NCBI GenBank assembly: GCA_028068195.1
Contig: JAPTTX010000086.1
Span: 5,407-69,406, forward strand
Source: Gammaproteobacteria bacterium
Lineage (GTDB): Bacteria > Pseudomonadota > Gammaproteobacteria > Acidiferrobacterales > UBA6901
DNA: 64,000 bases
Reading direction: 5' to 3'
Shown: one piece after another, positions 20,301 to 28,768 of the stretch
Position numbering within the stretch: the first letter of the stretch is position 1
Layout of the letters: every line of letters starts with the position of its first letter
Translations under genes and position numbers: made by a program
The notes under the pieces: model-generated
What the model was told of the DNA's origin: nothing
Seen by the model: the letters and a program-made list of their open reading frames with translations, nothing else
The model's database searches: none

Positions 20301-21134
20301 AACTTTTGCACCCTTATAACGCACTTCTGAATAGAAATGGGCATCCGGCGTACGTGTCATCGGAAGATTCGTGCCGCAGACAATGATGTAGGTGGAGTTA
20401 TACCAGTCCGCCGCCTCCGGAACGTCTGTCTGCTCCCCCCATGTCTGCGGCGATGCAGGCGGAAGATCGCAGTACCAGTCGTAGAATGACAGCGGCACAC
20501 CGCCTATCAACGACAGGTAGCGGGAGCCCGCCGCATAACTGATCATGGACATCGCCGGAATCGGGGAAAACCCGGCAATTCTGTCGGGCCCATGGGTTTT
20601 GGCGGTGTACACATTGGCAGCGCCAATGATCTCTGTCACCTCATCCCAGCCAGCGCGCACAAATCCGCCAAGGCCACGCACAGCGGTGTATCGGATCCGT
20701 TTTGCAGGATCTTGTTGTATCGCCGCCCAGGATTCGACCGGATCCTTACCCTGTTCGCGCTCCTGCCGATATAGTTCCAACAGACGACCACGTATCAGCG
20801 GGTATTTCACGCGGTGTGGGCTGTACAGGTACCACGAGAAGCTCGCGCCACGTTGACAGCCCCTGGGCTCGTGATTGGGCATGTCGGGGCGCGTGCGCGG
20901 ATAGTCGGTCTGCTGCATTTCAAAGGCAACCAGTCCGTTCTTGACGTGAATCTTCCAGCTGCACCCGCCGGTACAGTTCACGCCATGCGTGGAACGTACG
21001 ATCTTGTCGAACTGCCAGCGATGACGGTAGCCGTCCTCCCAGCTGCGGTCTTCTTCTGTCACGATGCCGTGTCCTTGTGAAAAGCCACCGCGGATGCGGG
21101 TGAAATACTTCAGCCTCTCAATGAAATGACCCAT
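17361..21134 (-). CDS. narG: respiratory nitrate reductase alpha subunit (Mo-bisMGD)
   Basis: [27 protein letters not shown]..., [23 protein letters not shown] and [23 protein letters not shown]. Collinear with E. coli NarG. Start at [11 protein letters not shown] (21134). Confidence 0.97.
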   Translation of the reverse strand: [1257 protein letters not shown]

Positions 21135-21444
21135 TTCGCACCCCAAAAAAAGCACCGCTCGCGTCCACGCATTCCATTCGTGGCCCAGTGATTCCGGCGA
21201 AGGTGCATGCGTGACTAGCGTGCAGTTCTGCCGATCCGGAATCCTTGTCTGAACGGCCTCCTAGCCGTTTCCAAACCGCTTCTGCGCGGACCTTGCTTCG
21301 CGCCGCACCTTCCCGGCGCCTTTGACCTCCAGTGCACCTGCGACGTCAGGCCCGCAGCATGCCACCCAAATGATCGTGACATTTGGGCTCGGTCTCTAGG
21401 CACCTCCATGCGTCGCAACGTAGGCCTGCCGACACTGATACGAC

Positions 21445-21458
21445 TTGACACAGATCAA
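21445..21458. promoter_or_regulatory. FNR/Anr-type box TTGAC-ACAG-ATCAA in the narG / narX divergent region
   Basis: 9 of 10 match to TTGAT-N4-ATCAA. It lies about 310 nt upstream of narG and about 140 nt upstream of narX. Confidence 0.45.
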
Positions 21459-21588
21459 GCCATTTCAGGCCCACCCCCCCTACACTGCTATGAGACTACT
21501 ACCAAAGAGGTAATTGCGTTATAGGATCTCTCCATAGAATTAACAGGTTACCGGTGTGGTTAACACCAGGATATACCGCTGCTGAATT

Positions 21589-23550
21589 ATGGTGATACAG
21601 AGCAATACCGATGAGGTAAGCCGCCTGTCGCCGATAATGACGGACCGGCCGAAGCGGCTGCGCCTCATATACAATCGGCCCCAACATTCCTTGCTGCTTA
21701 GGCTCGGAATCGCGATGGCGGCGATTGTCGCGCTAGCCGTCATCGGGATGGGGAGTTCCGTGCTGCTCCTCAACACGATGAGGGGTGAGGCCGCCGCCAT
21801 CAACGATGCCGGTGCCCTGCGCATGGGGGCATACATGATCACCACGCAGATCCTGGCTGGAAGTCCAACCCGACACAGCGCGCGCGTCGCCCGATCTATC
21901 AAGCTATTCGACATGCGGCTGCATCGTCGGCGCATTACTGCCGTTCTTGCAAACACCTGGAACGACCAATTACGCGGCACCTACGAAAGCATCGTCCGTC
22001 AATGGAACAAAAGTATTCGCCCCTTGCTGCAGCGTTATTCCCATAGTTCCCCTGCTTCGCAGGCTGCGACGCGTGTCCGGATGCTGCGGCAGATTAATGA
22101 GTTCGTATCGTCTGAAAACCGGTTTGTAACAGAACTCCAGCACGACGCGGAAAGCAAAATCCGTCTCCTGGGTGTCATCCAGGCAATCTGCTTGTTCCTT
22201 ATGTTGATCGTCGTTTACGTAACGATGCGTCTGATGCATACCACTATTTTGCGGCCTCTCGCCGACCTGTTGTCGGTCTCCGCGCGCGTGCGGGCTGGTG
22301 ATTTCACGGTTCGGGCGCGGCATGTTGGCAATGACGAGCTCGGCAAACTAGGATCCGCGTTCAATGTGATGGGAGAGGATCTCTCAAAGATATATGTGGA
22401 TCTCGAACGGCGGGTCGCCGAAAAAACCGCGAATCTGGCGCGCCGCAACCGTTCCCTGGCGCTGCTCTACACCACCAGCCGTCGCCTCAATGAAACGCCA
22501 GTTAGCGAGGGAAGCTACAGAATGCTCCTTCGGGACATCTCCGATGTTATCGGTCTCGGTCCCGGGTCGATCTGTATCGCGTGCAATAGCGGCCAAAAGG
22601 CGACGCGGCTTGCCGCCACCATAGATCCCAATCGGGCGAATCTTTGCAACCAGTCATACTGCGTCGATTGCCTCGCGAAGCACAGGACTTGCGTGCGGGT
22701 CATTTCCGCACACGGCAGTTCCGGAGAACTGCGCGTGCTATCTGTGCCACTCATCGATCTCGATCGCAACCACGGTGTGCTGCTGTTGCAATTGCCGGAT
22801 GGTTTCGACCTGGAGGCATGGGAAGTGCAGTTGGTGGAAACCATTGGACGCCACATCGGGATCGCAATAGGCGCCAGCCAACGGCTTATCGAGAGTCGCC
22901 GCCTGGCGCTGTTTGAGGAACGCTCCGCGATGGCGAGAGAGCTGCATGACTCGCTGGCGCAGTCCTTGTCCTATCTGAAAATCCAGATCAGTCGACTCCA
23001 GTCCCGGATTACCTCTGCAGACGACCATAGGGATCTCGATCCTGTGGTGCGGGAAATGCGTGAGGGCGTCACTGGTGCGTACCGCCAACTGCGCGAGCTG
23101 CTGACGACCTTTCGCTTAAAGGTAGATGGCCGCGGCCTTGAGGCTGCGCTGGCAGAAGCGGTATCAGGGTTCCGCAATCGCGGTGAATTGGCGATCGCTC
23201 TTGTAAACGACATACAACACTGCAACCTGAGCGCCAACGAAGAGATTCATCTACTGCAAATAGTGCGAGAGGCTCTCTCCAATGTGCTTCAACACGCTCA
23301 CGCACGGCAAGCTTGGGTATCACTCCGATGCGAGGGTGAGACGGCAATCGTCATTGTGGATGACGATGGAATCGGGCTCGGAACGCTTGAGACGCGAACG
23401 CAACGCTATGGCCTGGTCATCATGCAGGAGCGTGCGAACCGGCTCGCGGGCACGCTAAAGCTGACTGATCGGCCAGAAGGAGGCGCCCGTGTGGAATTGC
23501 GGTTTGTTCCGGCTGCACGTCAGACCCGTACCACTGCCCTGGAATTGTGA
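21589..23550 (+). CDS. narX: nitrate/nitrite sensor histidine kinase NarX/NarQ
   Basis: Periplasmic P-box AAINDAGALRMGAYMI, HAMP domain, a Cys-rich central module, the H-box ARELHDSLAQSLSYLKIQISRLQ and an ATPase domain. The start could instead be 21637. Confidence 0.9.
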   Translation: MVIQSNTDEVSRLSPIMTDRPKRLRLIYNRPQHSLLLRLGIAMAAIVALAVIGMGSSVLLLNTMRGEAAAINDAGALRMGAYMITTQILAGSPTRHSARVARSIKLFDMRLHRRRITAVLANTWNDQLRGTYESIVRQWNKSIRPLLQRYSHSSPASQAATRVRMLRQINEFVSSENRFVTELQHDAESKIRLLGVIQAICLFLMLIVVYVTMRLMHTTILRPLADLLSVSARVRAGDFTVRARHVGNDELGKLGSAFNVMGEDLSKIYVDLERRVAEKTANLARRNRSLALLYTTSRRLNETPVSEGSYRMLLRDISDVIGLGPGSICIACNSGQKATRLAATIDPNRANLCNQSYCVDCLAKHRTCVRVISAHGSSGELRVLSVPLIDLDRNHGVLLLQLPDGFDLEAWEVQLVETIGRHIGIAIGASQRLIESRRLALFEERSAMARELHDSLAQSLSYLKIQISRLQSRITSADDHRDLDPVVREMREGVTGAYRQLRELLTTFRLKVDGRGLEAALAEAVSGFRNRGELAIALVNDIQHCNLSANEEIHLLQIVREALSNVLQHAHARQAWVSLRCEGETAIVIVDDDGIGLGTLETRTQRYGLVIMQERANRLAGTLKLTDRPEGGARVELRFVPAARQTRTTALEL

Positions 23551-24209
23551 CCGTGGAAACAGGCACTGGACAGACCGTCCTGATCATCGACGATCACCCT
23601 CTCTTCCGCAGAGGGGTGTCGCAACTCCTGTCCATGGATCCTGTTTTTTTGGTTGTTGGAGAGGCGGCCTCTGGCAAGGACGGGTACAAATTGGCCGCCG
23701 CTTTGAGTCCAGACATAATCCTTCTCGATCTCGACATGAAGGACATGGACGGAATCCAAACCCTGGAGACGATCAGAGCCAACGATATCGACTCCAGAAT
23801 CATTGTCTTGACCGTCTCGGACAACGAGGAACACGTCGTGAACGCGCTCAGGGCGGGTGCTGACGGGTATCTGCTAAAGGACATGGAGCCAGAGGATATA
23901 CTCGCGAGCCTCGTCATGGCGGCGCGAGGACACGTTGTCCTGACCGACCGGATCATCGGAATGCTCGCCCATGCACTGCGGCCAGATGCCAGTACCCGCG
24001 CTCTGGACCGCACAGGTCTCACCAAACGCGAGCAAGGAATTCTCGTTTGCATTGCCCAGGGAAAGAGCAACAAGCTTATCGCGCGCGAACTCCAAATCGC
24101 GGAAGGAACCGTAAAGGTGCACGTTAAGCACTTGTTAAAAAAGCTCCATCTGCGGTCCCGCGTAGAGGCTGCGGTATGGGCGGTGGAACAATCCCGCCGC
24201 GACCTCTGA
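23547..24209 (+). CDS. narL: nitrate/nitrite response regulator (NarL/FixJ family)
   Basis: Receiver VLIIDDHPLFRRG...DIILLDLDM and a LuxR HTH (LTKREQGILVCIAQGKSNKLIARELQIAEGTVKVHVKHLLKKL). GTGA overlap with the narX stop. Confidence 0.92.
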   Translation: MTVETGTGQTVLIIDDHPLFRRGVSQLLSMDPVFLVVGEAASGKDGYKLAAALSPDIILLDLDMKDMDGIQTLETIRANDIDSRIIVLTVSDNEEHVVNALRAGADGYLLKDMEPEDILASLVMAARGHVVLTDRIIGMLAHALRPDASTRALDRTGLTKREQGILVCIAQGKSNKLIARELQIAEGTVKVHVKHLLKKLHLRSRVEAAVWAVEQSRRDL

Positions 24210-24544
24210 TCCGCCGGCTCATTCTTATCGTTCTGGCACTTCGGAGCAGATCCAGCGCATTGAGGCAACGTACATATTCAGCCTCCCAACTGTCAATTCC
24301 TTTCAAAGCCTCCGTTCGACCCTGAGATCGGATTGTCGAATTACGACGCGCTACCTGCCGCAATCTCGAATTGCCGCAGTCGCCACCTCATTTTTCGCTT
24401 CGCATATCGTCTCGCGGATTGCGCGTCGCTTTCCGACACGGCCATCCCACAGACGTCTTCCGGAATAACCAGCCAATTCGTATCACTTTTTGCGACAGGT
24501 ATTCGTGCGCAATGGGCCTGATGTGGCGATCTGGGTTTCGTGGC

Positions 24545-24558
24545 TTGACATAAGTCAA
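24545..24558. promoter_or_regulatory. Dnr/NnrR/FNR-type box TTGAC-ATAA-GTCAA upstream of the NO reductase gene
   Basis: Perfect palindrome about 150 nt upstream of the norB/norZ ATG. Confidence 0.55.
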
Positions 24559-24685
24559 GGCGATGCATGGCTGTCGAAAATATCTTAGGCGCCGCAGTGA
24601 AATATTGACTGCCATCACTCGTGTCATGTTGCGATATTGAGTGGGTTGCGTAGGGGTGAATAACGTATGTGTTATTTTTTCTCAG

Positions 24686-24696
24686 GCTATGCATTT
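24686..24696. promoter_or_regulatory. candidate NsrR half-site GCTATGCATTT adjacent to the norB RBS
   Basis: The ATGCATTT core matches the NsrR half-site. It lies 11-21 nt before the start codon. Confidence 0.3.
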
Positions 24697-24706
24697 AGGA
24701 GTGAAG

Positions 24707-27022
24707 ATGTCATCGGCTAACAGAGAGGTCATTTCCAGTATTACGTCTGATCCGGCGTCCCGCGTATTCAAGTGGTTGCTTCTGCTCGTCGGAATCGCGG
24801 CTGCTGTTGCGCTCATCTGGGGCACCTATCGCACCTATAAGGCCGCTCCACAAATCCCGGCGGAATTCACCGCGCCTGACGGCACCGTTGTCATGACCGG
24901 AGCAGACATCGATGCGGGCAAAGCAGCATTCCAGCGAGCCGACCTTATGGACTATGGAAGTCTATATGGGATGGGGTCTTACTACGGAGAGGATTATACG
25001 GCGGAGTATCTGGTAAAACTCGCCCGCGCCACTGAGGCGGAAGTCGCCGAAACAACGTATGGGCAACCACTCGCCAATCTTACGCAAGCGCAAGCCGATT
25101 CGGTGCGTCGCGTCATGCAGACCGCATTATGGTCCGTACGGCTAAACGTTGGAACATCAGTACTCCCCGGTAGTGTCGCCAGTGCAGTTCGCGCCCTACG
25201 CTCTGATATCACACATCGTCTGCTGACGAACGATTTTGCGAAGGGCTGGACCAAAGCCTACAGTCTCACTCCACGAACCGCGGCACAAGCGGCGGATTTC
25301 CTGATTTATTCGTCCCTGACGACCGTGGCGCGTCGCCCCGGCGGTACGGCCTCCTATACCAGCAATTGGCCCTACGAGCCACTCGTCGGTAACACACCAA
25401 CGCCCGATACCTTCCTCTGGACGTGGGTATCGTTCATGATTGTCTTCTTCGGGTTCGGGGCGGTCGTCTATATCTATCACAGCTATATCGGCACTGCCGC
25501 ACATGAGATGCACGACACTGAAACACCGATTCTACGCGGCTTTACTACCCTAACGGCGAGTCAGCGCAAGACTGCAAAATATTTCTTTATCGTTGCGCTC
25601 GTATTTCTAGCCCAGATCGGCGCTGGATCCCTGATGGCACACGATTATGCCGACCGCACCAGCTTCTACGGGATCAACATCAACAGCTTTCTCCCCTTTG
25701 CATTTCTTCGTGACGTACACATCCAGACTCCAATCGTCTGGATCGGCGTGTCGTGGATCGCGGCTGCCCTGTTTCTCGCTCCGGTGATCAGTGGCCGTGA
25801 ACCGGCCGGTCAGGGAAGACTGGTCGATCTGCTCTTCTGGGCCACCTTGGCAGTGGTCGCTGGTGGTCTGGGCGGTGATTACGCCGGCATCATGGGATGG
25901 ATACACCACGGCTGGTTCTGGTTCGGCAATCAGGGACTGTCCTACCTTGAGCTCGGGCGTTTGTGGCAGATCGGATTTTTTGCCGGACTCATCATCTGGA
26001 GCATACTGGTTTTTCGGGCGATGTGGCCAGGCAGGGGTGAGGCGGGCCAGGTTCTACGCGCTTTCGGAGCGGGCCGCATCCGCCTTGAACATCTTCTCTG
26101 GGTCAGCACCGCCAATGTAGCGCTGCTCTATGCCTTCGGCATGATTCCTCTGACTGGAATTGAGCGCTCATTCACCATTACCGACTTCTGGCGTTGGTGG
26201 GTGGTGCATCTCTGGGTGGAACAGTCATTTGAGTTTTTCGCCGCCTGTATGAGTGCCTATCTGCTGATGGCAACTGGTCTTGTATCCCGGATTGTGGCGG
26301 AGCGGGCCGTCCTCTTCGAACTCATCCTCGTCTTCTTGGGCGGAGTCCTTGGTACCGGCCATCATTGGTACTGGGTCGGCGCGCCCAAGTTGTGGATATC
26401 CTTCGGCAGCGTTTTCTCCTTTATCGAGGTATTGCCCCTGCTCCTCATGGTGATCGAGGCAGTCGAACAACGGCGTATCATTCGGCGTGAGCAACGAAAG
26501 TTTCCGTATCGACTCGCATACACATATATCATCGGCTCCGCATTCTGGAACTTTACCGGCGCCGGCGTATTTGGCGGCGGAACGCTCAACGCACCGCTCG
26601 TGAACTACTACGAACACGGGACGTTTCTCACGCTCAATCATGCCCACACAGCACTGTTCGGCGCGTTTGGGCTCCTGGGGATCGGGCTCGTGTACTTTTG
26701 CCTACGCTATGCAGCCGCAGACAAGGCCGATTGGAGCGATCGCCCAGGTTTGTGGGCATTTTGGCTCTACAACCTCGGATTGCTCCTGTGGATCGTGCTT
26801 AATTTCTTCCCGATCGGCTGGCCACAGCTGCTCGCGGTCTATGAGCATGGATACGCGTATGCCAGAAGCCAGCAATTTTACAACACGACACTGCTTTGGC
26901 AGTGGCTCCGTCTCCCTGGCGATGTCGTTTTCGCAGCCGGTACGTTGCTGATGGCTTGGGACATCCTGCGCAAGCTTCGGCCATTCCGACGAGGGTACGC
27001 GCGCACCGGCCGGGCGCGCTGA
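24707..27022 (+). CDS. norB: quinol-dependent nitric oxide reductase (qNOR, single-subunit NorZ/NorB type)
   Basis: N-terminal extension with one TM plus a periplasmic domain (FQRADLMDYGSLYGMGSYYGEDYTAEYL), then 12-TM haem-copper oxidase-like core. AGGAG lies 6 nt before ATG 24707. Confidence 0.92.
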   Translation: MSSANREVISSITSDPASRVFKWLLLLVGIAAAVALIWGTYRTYKAAPQIPAEFTAPDGTVVMTGADIDAGKAAFQRADLMDYGSLYGMGSYYGEDYTAEYLVKLARATEAEVAETTYGQPLANLTQAQADSVRRVMQTALWSVRLNVGTSVLPGSVASAVRALRSDITHRLLTNDFAKGWTKAYSLTPRTAAQAADFLIYSSLTTVARRPGGTASYTSNWPYEPLVGNTPTPDTFLWTWVSFMIVFFGFGAVVYIYHSYIGTAAHEMHDTETPILRGFTTLTASQRKTAKYFFIVALVFLAQIGAGSLMAHDYADRTSFYGININSFLPFAFLRDVHIQTPIVWIGVSWIAAALFLAPVISGREPAGQGRLVDLLFWATLAVVAGGLGGDYAGIMGWIHHGWFWFGNQGLSYLELGRLWQIGFFAGLIIWSILVFRAMWPGRGEAGQVLRAFGAGRIRLEHLLWVSTANVALLYAFGMIPLTGIERSFTITDFWRWWVVHLWVEQSFEFFAACMSAYLLMATGLVSRIVAERAVLFELILVFLGGVLGTGHHWYWVGAPKLWISFGSVFSFIEVLPLLLMVIEAVEQRRIIRREQRKFPYRLAYTYIIGSAFWNFTGAGVFGGGTLNAPLVNYYEHGTFLTLNHAHTALFGAFGLLGIGLVYFCLRYAAADKADWSDRPGLWAFWLYNLGLLLWIVLNFFPIGWPQLLAVYEHGYAYARSQQFYNTTLLWQWLRLPGDVVFAAGTLLMAWDILRKLRPFRRGYARTGRAR

Positions 27023-27097
27023 GTCCGGCCGCACCGGGCTGCATCATCTATGTCGGTTTAGTTTTCTTAAGATCACATATATCCAGGAGGCTGCGCC

Positions 27098-27781
27098 ATG
27101 CCCCAACCATCTGTCCCGTCCGGCCCGCCGTACGCCACGCGTTCGCTGGGCGAACTCGCGCGTGACATCCCAGGTGCTACTACCGTATTCCGTCGTCATC
27201 ATCTCGACTTTTGCTGCGGCGGCGAAACCACCCTTGAGGTCGCGGCAAAAGAGCAACACATCGATGTGGAATCTGTCGTACGCGAACTCGTCCCGCTGGA
27301 CGTGGGAAGACCCGACGACACTCCCCATGATCCGATTTCTCTAACAAATTACATAATCGTTCATTTTCACGACGTTCATCGCCGTGAACTTCCCGAGCTG
27401 ATCGCCCTGTCTGCCACCGTAGAGCAAGTACATGCCGGTCATGTCGACCTTCCGGCAGGTCTGAGCAATCTTCTTCAGACTGTAATGGACGAGCTGACAG
27501 CGCACATGCACAAAGAGGAACAGGTTCTATTTCCGATGATGCGCTCCAACCCGGGCCGCTTTCTTGCGCCGCCGATCGCACGCATGCGCGCGGAACATGT
27601 GGACCATGGCCGTATGCTGCAAGAAATACGGGATCGAACCCGCGAACTGCAGCTACCATCCGACGCCTGCAACACCTGGCGCGCGTTATATGCAGGGTTG
27701 GACAGATTCATCACGGATTTCATGCAGCATGTGCATACCGAGAACAACATCTTGTTTCCGCAGTTCGAAGGTCGCGCCTAA
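27098..27781 (+). CDS. ytfE: iron-sulfur cluster repair di-iron protein (RIC; YtfE/DnrN/ScdA)
   Basis: LGELARDIPGATTVFRRHHLDFCCGG, followed by hemerythrin-like His/Glu motifs (HMHKEEQVLFP, HVHTENNILFP). AGGAGG RBS. Confidence 0.92.
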   Translation: MPQPSVPSGPPYATRSLGELARDIPGATTVFRRHHLDFCCGGETTLEVAAKEQHIDVESVVRELVPLDVGRPDDTPHDPISLTNYIIVHFHDVHRRELPELIALSATVEQVHAGHVDLPAGLSNLLQTVMDELTAHMHKEEQVLFPMMRSNPGRFLAPPIARMRAEHVDHGRMLQEIRDRTRELQLPSDACNTWRALYAGLDRFITDFMQHVHTENNILFPQFEGRA

Positions 27782-28394
27782 ATGACGAGCTTGCGTCTAA
27801 ATTACAATAGCTAATGCCGATCCTGAAAGGCCTTTTCTGTCTCTCTAAATGCCGTGGCAGAACACTGCGATGCCAATCGACATTCCAATCCGAGATTTTT
27901 TATATTTTGGACTCTCTCTGCCAGCTCGACAGGCTCTGCAATCCCTTGCGAGAATTCCGCCAAGTCCTCGCCCGACAGGGCTTTTAACACGTTGTCGCCA
28001 ATACGGGGTGTGCAAAAACATGCCGCCAATGGCAACGTCATGGAGATGCGATCGTGACAGGACCGATCCTCCCGATACGATTCGGCCAAGAGCGATCAAC
28101 ATCCGATACTCCACAAACCTTCGCGCCCCGCTTTGGTTTAAAGGATGCCGATAGGGTGAAATCGCGGTATCGCCGCGATGAAGACGCGAGACACTGAGGC
28201 GCCGCGGCAAATCGGGTTGTGCGAGGCTGGTAGGATCGGCTTGAGTCGCGCAACGCCTAGCGGCGCGTGCACCCTCAGGAACGGGGCAGGACGGTGGCCT
28301 GTCGCGCAAAGCAGACGATGTCTGCCAGTGGGAGGCCGCATCTTCGCCGCCCACGACGGGGAATTTATGGCACCCGGTGCCCTTTTCCCTCGCA

Positions 28395-28455
28395 TTGCCT
28401 CACTAAAAATGTTACCAGCCGGGGTCGTTGCCTCACGTGAAATGCTACCCGGGGG
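28395..28455 (+). repeat. two direct copies (33-nt period) of a TTGCCTCAC...AATG(T/C)TACC..CGGGG motif; probable transposase-binding repeats at a transposon end
   Basis: 28395-28424 reads ttgcctcactaaaaatgttaccagccgggg and 28428-28455 reads ttgcctcacgtgaaatgctacccggggg. They sit immediately upstream of the transposase N-terminal fragment. Confidence 0.5.
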
Positions 28456-28499
28456 CCTGAGCGGTACCATGTCCCTCTCTATCACCTGGGGAGGGGTCC

Positions 28500-28694
28500 A
28501 TGGGTACCAAGATGACGCACGCCGCGCGCGCCGAACTGACCAATGCAGTTCGCAGGCGCTATGGCGCCGCCACCGGCGCCGAGAAGCACAAGATCCTCGA
28601 TGAGTTCATTGCGGTGACTGGCTATCACGAGAAATCTGCAATCCGGGCGCTGAATGCAGAGCCTGTCGCCAAGTGTTGCCGTTCATCCAGAATT
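28500..28694 (+). pseudogene. N-terminal fragment (65 codons) of an rve/Mu-like DDE transposase, split by the group II intron
   Basis: HAARAELTNAVRRRYGAATGAEKHKILDEFIAVTGYHEKSAIRALN is a typical HTH leader of this transposase class. The reading frame resumes in phase at 30600. Confidence 0.6.
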
Positions 28695-28734
28695 GTTGCG
28701 GTAGGGGACGGCGGTCGCCCGCCGCCCCCCGCGC

Positions 28735-28768
28735 AGATCCGTACGTGCAGTTTACCCGCATACGGCTC
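28735..28768 (-). ncRNA. group II intron domain V (catalytic hairpin)
   Basis: GAGCCGUAUGCGGGUAAACUGCACGUACGGAUCU matches the D5 consensus, including the AGC triad. It starts directly after the IEP stop codon. Confidence 0.85.
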
